This document shows, piece after piece, positions 6,711-15,989 of a DNA stretch of 24,000 nt. The DNA lies in NCBI GenBank assembly GCA_016712595.1, contig JADJQT010000001.1:1028309-1052308 (forward strand), read 5' to 3'. The position numbers and the translations under genes were made by a program. Position 1 is the stretch's first letter. Each line of letters begins with the position of its first letter. The notes below the pieces were generated by a model that worked only from the letters and a program-made list of their open reading frames with translations, searched no databases and was not told where the DNA came from. The stretch is from Rhodospirillales bacterium. Lineage in GTDB: Bacteria; Pseudomonadota; Alphaproteobacteria; Rhodospirillales; Defluviicoccaceae.

Positions 6711-9195
6711 ATGCTCGCGCTTGATCCCTCGGCGGTCCGCATCGGCGGCACACCCTCCAGCAAGGCCGAGGCCATTCGTCAGGTCGGTGAACTTCTCGTC
6801 GGTGCCGGCAATATCGAGCCCGGGTACGTCGCCAGCATGCTGGCCCGGGAGAAGATCGCCAATACCTTCCTCGGCAACGGGATTGCGATCCCTCACGGGA
6901 TCCCGAAGGATCGGGACCTGATCCGCAAGACCGGTGTCGCGGTGCTGCAGGTACCGGGTGGGGTGGAATGGAACCTCGGCGAGAAGGTGCATCTCGTCGT
7001 CGGTATCGCCGCCCGGTCGGACGAGCACCTCGAGATCCTCGCCAACCTCACGGACGTTCTCAGCGAGCCGGCGGAAGCCGTGTGGCTGGCGACGACGACG
7101 GATGCATCCGAGATCGCCGCACGGCTGTCGGGCGGAATCGTTTCTTCTGCACCCGCGGTCGAGCCAACCGCGACGCCGGTCTCTCAAGACCTCGGCGACG
7201 GTTTCGATGTGACGATCAGCAACCCGCATGGCCTGCATGCTCGGCCGGCGACAGCGTTCGTCGATCTCGCCAAGTCGTTCCAGTCAGTGGTGCGGGTTCG
7301 CAACGGCGATAAGGTCGCTGACGGCAAGAGCCTGATCTCGCTGCTCAAGCTGGGTGCCGAGCGTGGCGCGACGCTCCGCATAACCGCGGTGGGAACCGAC
7401 GCTGCAAGTGCGCTGGCGGCACTCAAGGCCGCCATGGAGAAGGGGCTCGAGGACGAAGCGCAGGCGGCGGCCGATGCGGCGACCCCGGTCGTCGACGCGC
7501 GCCAGACCATCCGCTACGAGGCGCGCACCGCCGCCGGCATCTCGGCTTCACCCGGTCTTGCCATCGGTCCCGTCCGCCAGTTCGTGCGGGCGAAGATCGT
7601 CGTTGAGGCGACAGCCCGAGATGCCGTCACCGAACTGAAAAAACTGGATCGGGCGATCGAAAGTTCGAAGCGCGAGTTGCAGGAACTGTTCGACGAAGTG
7701 TGGAAGAAGTCCGGGCCAGCCAAGGCCGGCATCTTTAAGGCGCACGCCGAATTCCTGGACGATCCGGAAATGCTGGATGCGGCGCGGGCGCTTGTTCGCG
7801 AGGGGCGCAGCGCCGGCTGGGCCTGGCAGAATACCTACGAGGAGCGGGCCGGCATTCTCGCCGCGATGAAGGACGCGGTGCTTGCCGCGCGGGCAGCCGA
7901 CCTTAAGGACGTGGGGCGGCGGGTCCTCAAGCTGCTCGCCGAGACGATCGAGGACGAGCCCCAGCTTCCGGATGCGCCGGTTATTCTCATCGCCGAAGAC
8001 CTGACGCCATCGGACACCGCCCGGCTCGATCCCAAGTTCGCCCTCGGCCTGTGCACGTCCGGCGGCGGTCCGACGTCGCATACCGCGATCATCGCCCGAT
8101 CGCTCGATATTCCGGCGGTGGTGAGCGCCGGCGATTCCGTGCTCGACCTGGCGGACGGGACCAACGTTATCCTCGACGGCAATGGCGGCCTGTTGGTGAT
8201 CCGGCCGACGGAGGCCGATACGGCCCAGGCCCGCCAGGCGCTGGTCGATCATCAGGCGCAGCGCGAAGCTGAGCGCAAGGCTTGCTACAAGCCGGCGATC
8301 ATGACCTGCGGAACGCGCGTCGAGGTCGTCGCCAACATCAGCGACGTCGACGAGGCGGTGCATGCCGTCGAGGCGGGCGGTGAGGGCGTCGGCCTGCTGC
8401 GCACCGAATTTCTGTTCTTGCAGCGGGACAGCGCGCCCAGCGAGGACGAACAGTTCGAGACCTATTCGGCGATGACCAAGGCGCTGAACGGGCTGCCGAT
8501 CATCATTCGTACCCTCGACATTGGTGGCGACAAGGAAGTGCCGTACCTGCAGATGCCGGCGGAGATGAACCCGTTTTTGGGCGAGCGCGGCATCCGCCTG
8601 TGCCTTGCGCGCAAGGACCTGTTTCGCACCCAGCTCCGCGCGATTTTCCGGGCGGCGGCGACCGGGCCGGTGCGCATCATGTATCCAATGATCGCCACCA
8701 TCGAGGAGCTGCAGAAAGCCAAGGAAATCACCGAGGAGGTGCGGCTGTCGGTCGGCGCTGATCCGGTCGAGATCGGCATGATGATCGAGGTTCCCCTCCT
8801 CGGCGATGATGGCCGACGTCTTTGCCGAGGAGGTCGATTTCTTTTCCATCGGCACCAACGATCTTACCCAATACGTGCTCGCCATGGACCGTCTGCACCC
8901 GCAGCTGGCCAAGCAGGCGGACGGCCTGCATCCGGCGGTGTTGCGGATGATCGAGCGGACCGTGCGCGCTGCCGACGCTGCGGGCAAATGGGTCGGGGCT
9001 TGCGGCGGCGTCGCCGGCGATCCGCTGGGGGTCGTCATCCTCACCGGGCTCGGCGTGCGCGAACTCAGCGTCAGCATTCCCAGCATTGCCGCGGTCAAGG
9101 CGCAGATCCGCGGCCTGTCGAAAGACAAGGCCCACGCGCTCGCCGAACGCGCGCTCGCCTGTCGAACTGCGGCCGACGTGCGAGCTTTGGCATGA
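6711..9195 (+). CDS. fruB: Fructose-PTS multiphosphoryl transfer protein FruB (EIIA-Fru/Mtl type, HPr and Enzyme I fused). The reading frame is interrupted by a 1-nt insertion at the C-run 8793..8796, so this is either a pseudogene or a sequencing error
   Basis: The start is probably ATG 6711 (GGGAGGA Shine-Dalgarno at 6696..6702), not track ATG 6687. Domain evidence: EIIA (GNGIAIPHG), HPr (NPHGLHARPA) and EI (GGGPTSHTAIIARSLDIPAVV ... RTLDIGGDK). After ...EIGMMIEVP the track ORF becomes Arg/Gly/Ala nonsense running to 9233. The +1 frame (track ORF 8806..9195) instead reads [32 protein letters not shown]...KWVGACGGVAGDP...GVRELSVS, the canonical EI C-terminus. Confidence 0.88.
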
Positions 9196-9229
9196 CCGTA
9201 TCCCCGCTCACCGCAGAAGGAGCTGCGAT

Positions 9230-10183
9230 ATGAACGCTGTTCCGCGTGTCGCGACCGTCAGCCTGAACGCCGCGATCGACCAGACGGCCAACGTGCCCGA
9301 TTTTACCGCCGGCGCGGTCAACCGCGTCGCCTGGGCGCAGGCGGACGCCGGCGGCAAGGGGGTCAACGTCGCCGCGTTCCTTGCCGGTTTTAACCATGCG
9401 GTCGCCGTGACAGGGTTGCTCGGTGAGGGCAACACGGACCTGTTCGTTCGCTTGTTCACCGAGAAAGGCCTGATTGACCGGTTCGTTCGCGTTCCCGGCC
9501 ACACCCGGGTCAATGTCAAGATCGTCGACGACTTGAGCAACCGGGTCACCGATATCAATTTCCCCGGCGTGGCGGCCCGACCGGCTGACCTCGACGCGGT
9601 GATCGCGGTAATCGAGGATCTTGTCGCCCAGGGATGTGAGTGGTTCGTCCTCTCCGGCAGTCTGCCTGAAGGGCTGCCGACATCCTGCTACCGGGACTTG
9701 ACCCGGCTCTTGAAGGCGCGCGGCCGCAAGGTGGTGCTCGATACCAGCGGCACCGGACTGGCGCAGGCGATCGAATCCGGCCCCGACATCATCAAGCCGA
9801 ACATCGACGAGTTGACGGAGCTGGTCGGCCAGCCGCTCAGCGACGAGCGGGGAATCATCGAGGCCGCCGGCAAATTGCGCCGGCAGGGAATCGGGCTGGT
9901 GGCGATCTCGATGGGTGCGGATGGAGCCATCTTCGTCGATGGAGCGTCGGCCGTTCACGCAACTCCAGCCCCGGTTACCGTCAAGAGCACCGTCGGAGCG
10001 GGCGACGCCATGGTCGCCGGCATCGTGCATGCGCAAACGCAACGGCTCCCCCTCGAGGAATGCGCCCGCCTCGCCACCGCCTTTTCCTTGGGTGCCCTGG
10101 GCGAGATCGGCCCGCGATTGCCGCCACGCGACGAGATCGAGGGATTTTGCAGCCGGGTAATGACCCGGCAGCTCGCGACTTGA
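9230..10183 (+). CDS. fruK: 1-phosphofructokinase (PfkB family)
   Basis: ATG 9230 is preceded by a GAAGGAG Shine-Dalgarno (9216..9222). The track ORF start at 9086 is an upstream extension overlapping fruB. The sequence reads MNAVPRVATVSLNAAIDQT...GGKGVNVA...IKPNIDEL...GAGDAMVAGIV, typical of FruK/PfkB. It sits between fruB and fruA. Confidence 0.92.
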   Translation: MNAVPRVATVSLNAAIDQTANVPDFTAGAVNRVAWAQADAGGKGVNVAAFLAGFNHAVAVTGLLGEGNTDLFVRLFTEKGLIDRFVRVPGHTRVNVKIVDDLSNRVTDINFPGVAARPADLDAVIAVIEDLVAQGCEWFVLSGSLPEGLPTSCYRDLTRLLKARGRKVVLDTSGTGLAQAIESGPDIIKPNIDELTELVGQPLSDERGIIEAAGKLRRQGIGLVAISMGADGAIFVDGASAVHATPAPVTVKSTVGAGDAMVAGIVHAQTQRLPLEECARLATAFSLGALGEIGPRLPPRDEIEGFCSRVMTRQLAT

Positions 10184-10201
10184 TTGGGAGGAGACAAGAC
10201 G

Positions 10202-12037
10202 TTGGCAAACATCATTGGTGTGACCACCTGCCCCACCGGTATCGCCCATTCCCTGATGGCTGCGGAGGCGCTCCGCAACATCGGACGAATGATGGGCCAT
10301 ACGATCAAGATCGAATGCCAGGGCGCGGAAGGAACCACGGACCCGCTCAGCGACGACGACATCGCTAACGCTGACCTGGTCATTCTCGCCGCCGACATTC
10401 ATGTCGAGCGCACGCGCTTCGAAGGGGTGCCGATCTTCGAGACGGTGACGAGCCGGGCCATCCGCGACACGGAAGGGGTGCTCGATGACGCCCTGACTGA
10501 AGCCGGCATCACCAGCCGGCCGCCCGCATCGGTCGCGAGGGTCGCGCCGACTGTCGCCGCCCCGGCGCCGGCACCGACCGGGGCGCCAGCGGTTGTGCCC
10601 GATGAGGCGCCCGGCGGCAAGCGCATCGTCGCCATCACCGCCTGCCCCACGGGGATCGCGCACACCTTCATGGCGGCGGAAGCCTTGAAGAAGGCGGCGG
10701 CCGTATCCGGACATCAGATCAGGGTGGAGACCCAAGGCTCCGTCGGCGCCAAGAATCAACTTTCCGAGGCGGATATCGCCGGGGCCGATGTTGTGATCAT
10801 CGCCGCTGATACGCACGTCGATCTGAGCCGTTTCACCGGCAAGTCCTTGCATCAGACTTCGGTCGGCTCGGCGGTCAAGCAGGCAGGCCAGGTTATCGAG
10901 GCTGCGCTGGCCGCGCCGGCGCTAGCGGCTCGAATCGAGGTGGCCAGTCATGCGTCGAAACCGAAGCCGGCAGAAAAGCGGGCGGGGCCGTACAAGCATC
11001 TGCTGACCGGCGTATCCTACATGCTGCCGATCGTCGTCGCCGGCGGGTTGACCATCGCGCTCTCCTTCGTTTTTGGCATCGAGGCGTTCAAGGAGCCGGG
11101 TACGCTGCCGGCGGCGCTGATGCAGATCGGCGGGGGCGCGGCGTTCGCGATCATGGTCCCGGTGCTGTCCGGTTTCATCGCCTATTCGATCGCGGACCGG
11201 CCGGGCCTGGCGCCGGGCCTGATCGGTGGCATGCTCGCAGTCAATCTGCAGGCAGGCTTCCTCGGCGGCATCGTTTCCGGCTTTCTCGCCGGCTACATCG
11301 CCAAGGCGATGCGTGATTTCATCAAGCTGCCGGTTCATTTCGAGGGATTGAAACCGGTTCTCGTCATCCCCTTACTCTCGACGCTCGTGGTCGGTCTGCT
11401 GATGGTCTACGTCGTCGGTGCTCCGGTGCGCGCGATCATGGAAGGCCTGACGGCCTTTCTGCAAAGCATGGGCACCACCAACGCCGTGCTGCTCGGCCTG
11501 CTGCTGGGTGGAATGATGGCCGTCGATATGGGCGGTCCGGTCAACAAGGCGGCCTATGCCTTTTCCGTCGGCCTGTTGACCAGCGATACGTTTACGCCGA
11601 TGGCTGCGGTGATGGCCGCCGGCATGACCCCGCCGCTCGGTATCTGCCTCGCCACGATCATCGGCCGCAACCGCTTCTCCCGGGATGAGCAGGAAGCGGG
11701 AAAGGCGGCGGGCGTGCTTGGTTTGTCGTTCATTACCGAGGGCGCCATTCCCTTCGCCGCGAAGGACCCGCTGCGGGTCATCCCATCGATGGTCGCGGGG
11801 TCCGCGGTCGCCGGGGCGATCTCGATGTACTTCGGGTGCGGTCTGCGCGCACCGCATGGTGGCGTGTTCGTGCTCGCCATTCCCAACGCCGTGAGTCACC
11901 TCGGCTGGTACGCCCTCGCCATCGTCGCCGGCACCCTCGTCACCGCGATCGCCCTGGTGATCGTCAAGCGACCCCTGGATGAACCGAAACCCGCCGCTCG
12001 CCTCATTGCGACGTCTCCCCACGGCCGGGGACAATGA
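10202..12037 (+). CDS. fruA: PTS fructose-specific EIIB-EIIB-EIIC component
   Basis: The probable start is TTG 10202 (MANIIGVTTCPTGIAH), 8 nt after the GGGAGGAG Shine-Dalgarno. The track uses TTG 10184, directly after the fruK stop. There are two EIIB-Fru domains (TTCPTGIAHSLMAAEAL and TACPTGIAHTFMAAEAL) joined by an Ala/Pro linker. The EIIC domain follows and closely matches E. coli FruA as I recall it (YKHLLTGVSYMLPIVVAGGL...FGIEAFKEPGTL...DMGGPVNKAAYAF...EGAIPFAAKDP). Confidence 0.93.
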   Translation: MANIIGVTTCPTGIAHSLMAAEALRNIGRMMGHTIKIECQGAEGTTDPLSDDDIANADLVILAADIHVERTRFEGVPIFETVTSRAIRDTEGVLDDALTEAGITSRPPASVARVAPTVAAPAPAPTGAPAVVPDEAPGGKRIVAITACPTGIAHTFMAAEALKKAAAVSGHQIRVETQGSVGAKNQLSEADIAGADVVIIAADTHVDLSRFTGKSLHQTSVGSAVKQAGQVIEAALAAPALAARIEVASHASKPKPAEKRAGPYKHLLTGVSYMLPIVVAGGLTIALSFVFGIEAFKEPGTLPAALMQIGGGAAFAIMVPVLSGFIAYSIADRPGLAPGLIGGMLAVNLQAGFLGGIVSGFLAGYIAKAMRDFIKLPVHFEGLKPVLVIPLLSTLVVGLLMVYVVGAPVRAIMEGLTAFLQSMGTTNAVLLGLLLGGMMAVDMGGPVNKAAYAFSVGLLTSDTFTPMAAVMAAGMTPPLGICLATIIGRNRFSRDEQEAGKAAGVLGLSFITEGAIPFAAKDPLRVIPSMVAGSAVAGAISMYFGCGLRAPHGGVFVLAIPNAVSHLGWYALAIVAGTLVTAIALVIVKRPLDEPKPAARLIATSPHGRGQ

Positions 12038-12114
12038 GGACGATCGCGATCCCGCCGCGATCGCAAGATGGGGGAAAGGGGCGGGGGCTCGCCTGGCCAC
12101 GGGCGCCTGGGTGC

Positions 12115-12711
12115 TTACGTGAGAGGGGACTCGCCATCGTCCGCGCGCCCGCCATCGCTCACGGCTGGCCGGTGAAACTCCGGCCAGAGTCGCCGGACGA
12201 CGTCGCTGGAGCGGGCGAGCGCGTGGCAGGTATCGAGGATGGGGGGCGGGCGGCCGTCGTCGGCCGGCTGCTGGCGGCGCGACCGCGCGCCGGCGATGGT
12301 CTGCATCGCCGTCGTCGTCACCGGCCCGAGCAGCAGTTCGCTCAGGTGGGTGCAGCCCTGTACGCCACCCATGCGCCCAACGACAGCCTTGCGCCAGCCG
12401 GGACCGATGCGCAAGCCGCGCAGACGATCGAACACCGGCGTGATCGCATCGCACAGCGAGAACGGTCCCGCCTCCGTTTCGGCCTCGGCCGCAATCACCG
12501 TCAACGCATCATCAAGCGTCAGGCGGACGTGCATGCGATGGATCGGTTCCCCCGCGACGATGCCGCCCCGGTCCTGATTGGCGAAGGAGTAGGACTTGGT
12601 ATCCTCGAGCGTCGCCTCGATGTCCCAAAGGCCGTCTTCGCGGCGGTAGCCACGGCAGCGGATGTCTCGGCTGTGTATATGCTCGCGACGCGCCGGCCGG
12701 CTCAATGCCAT
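12115..12711 (-). CDS. DUF2889 family protein (function unknown)
   Basis: The real start is probably ATG 12711..12709 (AGGAA Shine-Dalgarno upstream), giving MALSRPARREHIHSRDIRCRGYRREDGLWDIEATLEDTKSYSF...GGVQGCTHLSELL. This matches my recollection of DUF2889 proteins. The N-terminal 68 aa of track ORF 12115..12915 are Ser/Arg/Ala-rich and overlap the 3' end of the upstream CorC-family gene. Confidence 0.65.
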   Translation of the reverse strand: MALSRPARREHIHSRDIRCRGYRREDGLWDIEATLEDTKSYSFANQDRGGIVAGEPIHRMHVRLTLDDALTVIAAEAETEAGPFSLCDAITPVFDRLRGLRIGPGWRKAVVGRMGGVQGCTHLSELLLGPVTTTAMQTIAGARSRRQQPADDGRPPPILDTCHALARSSDVVRRLWPEFHRPAVSDGGRADDGESPLT

Positions 12712-12778
12712 TTCCTGGGTTCTCCTCGCTTGTCTCGCTCGCCCGCTGCCGTTTGCCACACGCGCGGTCGAACCGCGA

Positions 12779-14071
12779 CTAGCCGCGGCGCTCCTGTTCT
12801 GCCGGCGGGGTGATGCGGATTGCGGTGATCTGATGGCGGTGACGCCGGAGGATCTCGAAGCGGAAGCCATGGAAGCGGAACGTCTGGCCGACATCCGGAA
12901 TGCGCTTGGCTTCATGCAGGACCAGGCCGGCGAGGGTCACCGCCTCCTCATCCGGTAGGCGCCAGTCGAGTTCACGGTTGAGGTCGCGGATGGTGACGCT
13001 GCCCTGCACGACGAAGCTGCCGTCCGACTGGCGGATCACGCCGGGAACGGCGATGTCGTGCTCGTCCGATATTTCGCCCACGATCTCCTCCAGGATGTCC
13101 TCGAGCGTGACGATTCCCATCATGCTGCCGTACTCGTCGACGACGATTGCGAAATGTTCGCGGCGGCGACGGAATGCCTGGAGCTGGTCCATCAACGTTC
13201 GTGAATCCGGCACGAACCAGGGCTTCGCCGCCAGCTCAACGATATCCAGTCCATCGAGGTTCCCGCCACGGGACTGCACGGCACGGAACAGTGCCTTGGC
13301 ATGGATCACGCCGACGACGTTATCGGGCTCCCCCCGCCATAGCGGAATGCGCGTGAACGGGCTGACCAGCGCCTGGCCGACGATCTCGGCTGGCGCCTCG
13401 TCGGCATCGAGCATCGTGACGTTGCGCCGGTGGGTCATCACCTCGTCGATGGTCACCTCGCCGAGATCGAGGATGCTGTGCAGCATCGCCCGCTCGTCGC
13501 GCACGACATTGCCCTCGCCGGCGTGGAGCTCGATGGCACCGCGGAGTTCCTCGGGCGATGGCCCCAGGCTTGCCTGCTCCCGGCCGGCGCCGATCGCCCA
13601 TAGCATCGTGCGCATGACGAGTTCCAGCGTGCGGGTGATCGGAGAGAGAACGACGACGAGCGTCCGCACGATTGGCGCGATGGATAGCGCGACGTCGTTC
13701 GAACGTCGAAATGCGAAAGTCTTCGGTACGATCTCGCCGAACACAAGAACGAGAAGCGTCATGGCCAGTGTGGCGTAAACGATCCCCGCGTCACCGAACA
13801 TCGGAATCAGAACGCTGGTCGCCAAGGCTGATGCGAGGATGTTGACCAAATTGTTGCCGAGCAAGATGGTGCTCAGCAACCGGTCGGTTCGCGCGTGCAG
13901 GCGGTTCACGAGCCCCGCCCGGGCATTGCCGTTCTGCTCGAGCTGATGCATCAGCGGCCGCGAGGCTGCGGTCAGCGCCGTCTCGGAGGCGGAGAAAAAG
14001 GCGGAAATGACGAGAAGAATGACAACTGCGACGCCGGTGAGCGTCAAATAATCGTCCGGCATGGTACTCAC
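12779..14071 (-). CDS. HlyC/CorC (TlyC) family transporter: DUF21/CNNM membrane domain, CBS pair and CorC_HlyC domain
   Basis: 430-aa ORF. The N-terminal membrane domain carries FFSASETALTA...LLGNNLVNI...GEIVPK. CBS-pair and C-terminal transporter-associated regions follow. The start is GTG 14071 (overlapping the aroB TGA as GTGA) or ATG 14062. Confidence 0.88.
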   Translation of the reverse strand: MSTMPDDYLTLTGVAVVILLVISAFFSASETALTAASRPLMHQLEQNGNARAGLVNRLHARTDRLLSTILLGNNLVNILASALATSVLIPMFGDAGIVYATLAMTLLVLVFGEIVPKTFAFRRSNDVALSIAPIVRTLVVVLSPITRTLELVMRTMLWAIGAGREQASLGPSPEELRGAIELHAGEGNVVRDERAMLHSILDLGEVTIDEVMTHRRNVTMLDADEAPAEIVGQALVSPFTRIPLWRGEPDNVVGVIHAKALFRAVQSRGGNLDGLDIVELAAKPWFVPDSRTLMDQLQAFRRRREHFAIVVDEYGSMMGIVTLEDILEEIVGEISDEHDIAVPGVIRQSDGSFVVQGSVTIRDLNRELDWRLPDEEAVTLAGLVLHEAKRIPDVGQTFRFHGFRFEILRRHRHQITAIRITPPAEQERRG

Positions 14072-15228
14072 GTTGTTGGCGATGGGCTCCGCCGCGCCTC
14101 GGCGAGCGCATCTTCGAGCAGCGCGCGCACCGCGCCATCGTCCACGCCTTTGCGGACGAACGCGCGGCCGATGCCCTGCGCAAGAATGAACGTCAGGCGG
14201 CCGCCGTGCACTTTCTTATCACCATACATATGGTGCATAAGATCGTCGGCCGTCGTCGGCCGGCCGGTGAGGACGGCAAGATCTCCCTGCAATCCCATGG
14301 CAGTCAGGTGGCGTCGCACACGGTCCGCGTCCTCTTTCGGCGCGAGGCCCAGGCGGACCGAGAGATCGAACGCCAGTGCCATGCCGATGGCGACCGCCTC
14401 GCCATGCAGGAGGGCGTCGCCGAAGCCGGTTTCCGCCTCGAGGGCGTGGCCGAAGGTATGGCCGAGGTTGAGTAGGGCGCGCCGCCCCGCCTCGCGTTCA
14501 TCTTCGGCGACGATCGCCGCCTTGGCCCTGCAGCTCACGGCGACGCAATGGCGCTGCGCAGCGATATCGCCGGCGAGCACGCGCGCTCCATGCGCCTCCA
14601 GCCAACTGAAGAACGCCGGATCGTCGATCAGGCCGTACTTGGCCACCTCGGCATAACCGGCGCGTAACTGCCGCGCATCGAGCGTGGCCAGTGTGCCGAT
14701 GTCGGCGAGGACGAGGCGCGGCTGATGGAACAGCCCGACAAGGTTCTTGCCGTGGCGCGCGTTGATGCCGGTCTTTCCGCCAACAGAACTGTCGACCTGC
14801 GCCAGGAGAGTGGTCGGCACCTGGATGAAGTCGAGGCCGCGTAAGAGGATGCCGGCCGCAAAGCCGACGATATCGCCGATCACTCCACCACCAAGGGCGA
14901 GCAGGATCGAGCCGCGCTCGATCCGCAGATCGAGGACGCGCTCGCATAGCAGGCTCAGATGCGCAAAGTCTTTCGTCGACTCGCCGGGTGGCAGGACGAT
15001 CGTCGCCTGCTCGATTCCAACCCCCGTCAATGTTCGCGTGAGCGCCGGCAGATGCAGCGCCGCCACCGTCTCGTCGGTGACGACGATCAGTCGTGGCTGG
15101 TTCAGCAGCGGACGGATGAGGTCTCCCGCCCGGGTGAGCAGGCCATCGCCGACGAGGATATCGTACGATCGTGCTCCCAGCGCGACGCGAATCGTCTCGT
15201 GTGAAGCGCCGTTAGCGTCGGGGCTCAT
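14068..15228 (-). CDS. aroB: 3-dehydroquinate synthase
   Basis: 386-aa ORF with AroB motifs GGGVIGDIVGFAAGILLRGLDFIQVPTTLLAQVDSSVGGKTGIN and LNLGHTFGHALE. Its start overlaps the aroK stop (ATGA at 15225..15228). Confidence 0.95.
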   Translation of the reverse strand: MSPDANGASHETIRVALGARSYDILVGDGLLTRAGDLIRPLLNQPRLIVVTDETVAALHLPALTRTLTGVGIEQATIVLPPGESTKDFAHLSLLCERVLDLRIERGSILLALGGGVIGDIVGFAAGILLRGLDFIQVPTTLLAQVDSSVGGKTGINARHGKNLVGLFHQPRLVLADIGTLATLDARQLRAGYAEVAKYGLIDDPAFFSWLEAHGARVLAGDIAAQRHCVAVSCRAKAAIVAEDEREAGRRALLNLGHTFGHALEAETGFGDALLHGEAVAIGMALAFDLSVRLGLAPKEDADRVRRHLTAMGLQGDLAVLTGRPTTADDLMHHMYGDKKVHGGRLTFILAQGIGRAFVRKGVDDGAVRALLEDALAEARRSPSPTT

Positions 15229-15791
15229 GCCCGCACCCGGGTATCGGCGGCACCGTGATATCGGGCCAGCGCCGCAAGCACACGCTCGGTCGTAGAATCC
15301 GGCGCTTCATCGCTGGTATCGACGACAATGTCGGCCTCGGCGTAGATGGGATAGCGCTCGACGATCAGCGCCGCAAGGATCGCCCGCGGATCGCCGGTCG
15401 CCAGCAACGGACGCCCGCTGCGGCCGCTGGTGCGCCGATGCAAGATATCAAGTTCAGCCCGCAACCAGATGGAAACACCGCGGGAGCGGATCAGCGCCCG
15501 CGTCGACGGATCGATGAACGCTCCGCCGCCAGTCGCCAGCACGTGAGGCGGCAGCGTCAGCAGGCGCGCGATCACGCGCCGCTCGCCTTCGCGAAAGGCC
15601 GATTCGCCGAGTCGCTCGAAGATTTGCGGAATGCTGGCTCCCGCCGCCTTGACGATTTCGTCGTCGGCGTCGACGAACGGCAGCCCGAGGCGGCGTGCCA
15701 GAAGGCGCCCGATCTTCGTCTTGCCGGCGCCCATCAGGCCGATCAGCACGATCGGACGATTTTTGTCTGGAATGTCGAGGGTCATCGGCAA
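15225..15791 (-). CDS. aroK: Shikimate kinase
   Basis: 188-aa ORF with Walker A IVLIGLMGAGKTKIGRLLARRLGLPFVDADDEI. The start is TTG 15791 or ATG 15785. It is translationally coupled to aroB. Confidence 0.93.
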   Translation of the reverse strand: MPMTLDIPDKNRPIVLIGLMGAGKTKIGRLLARRLGLPFVDADDEIVKAAGASIPQIFERLGESAFREGERRVIARLLTLPPHVLATGGGAFIDPSTRALIRSRGVSIWLRAELDILHRRTSGRSGRPLLATGDPRAILAALIVERYPIYAEADIVVDTSDEAPDSTTERVLAALARYHGAADTRVRA

Positions 15792-15989
15792 CGCCGGTTC
15801 AATGCCGCTCGCACTTGCGCGATTGAAAGCCGGCAGCGCCGCCGATAGATTTCCGTTGGTTCCTCATGGCCTCACGCTAGCAGAAAATATTCGGCGTGTC
15901 GCGATGACGCATTCCCATTCCGCGAGCCTCGGTGCGGGTCCGAAGGCTTGATCCAATCGCTCGTTTCGACGCAGAAGGTGCCAGAGCCG

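Noticed and set aside
6687-9233. Reading the 848-aa ORF as an intact FruB protein
   Set aside because: The last ~145 aa (from ...EVPLLGDDGRRLCRGG) are low-complexity Arg/Gly/Ala nonsense that overlaps the fruK start. The true EI C-terminus is in the +1 frame (8806..9195). I also rejected programmed frameshifting: no slippery heptamer or stimulatory structure is evident, only a C4 run.
12041-12063. Hairpin CGATCGCG-N7-CGCGATCG after the fruA stop as a terminator
   Set aside because: The 8-bp stem is real, but neither strand has a U-tract, so I cannot support calling it an intrinsic terminator. The same applies to the hairpin at 21310..21327 after the flaF stop.
6156-12454. Very long minus-strand ORFs (6156..7238, 7548..9128, 9095..10852, 11372..12454) opposite the MFS, fruB, fruK and fruA genes
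   Set aside because: These are high-GC shadow ORFs. Their translations are Arg/Gly/Pro/Asp-rich with no motifs, and each lies entirely inside a plus-strand gene with unambiguous family signatures.
12034-12915. Plus-strand ORF 12034..12813 and the N-terminal 68-aa extension of minus-strand ORF 12115..12915
   Set aside because: The plus-strand ORF is antisense to the DUF2889 gene. The extension is Ser/Arg/Ala-rich and overlaps the 3' end of the upstream CorC-family gene. The internal ATG at 12711 has an SD and begins the conserved region.
12900-15848. Plus-strand ORFs 12900..13778, 13895..14656, 14747..15295 and 15255..15848
   Set aside because: They are shadows of the corC-family, aroB and aroK genes on the minus strand. 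Their composition is Ser/Arg/Pro-rich and they carry no motifs.
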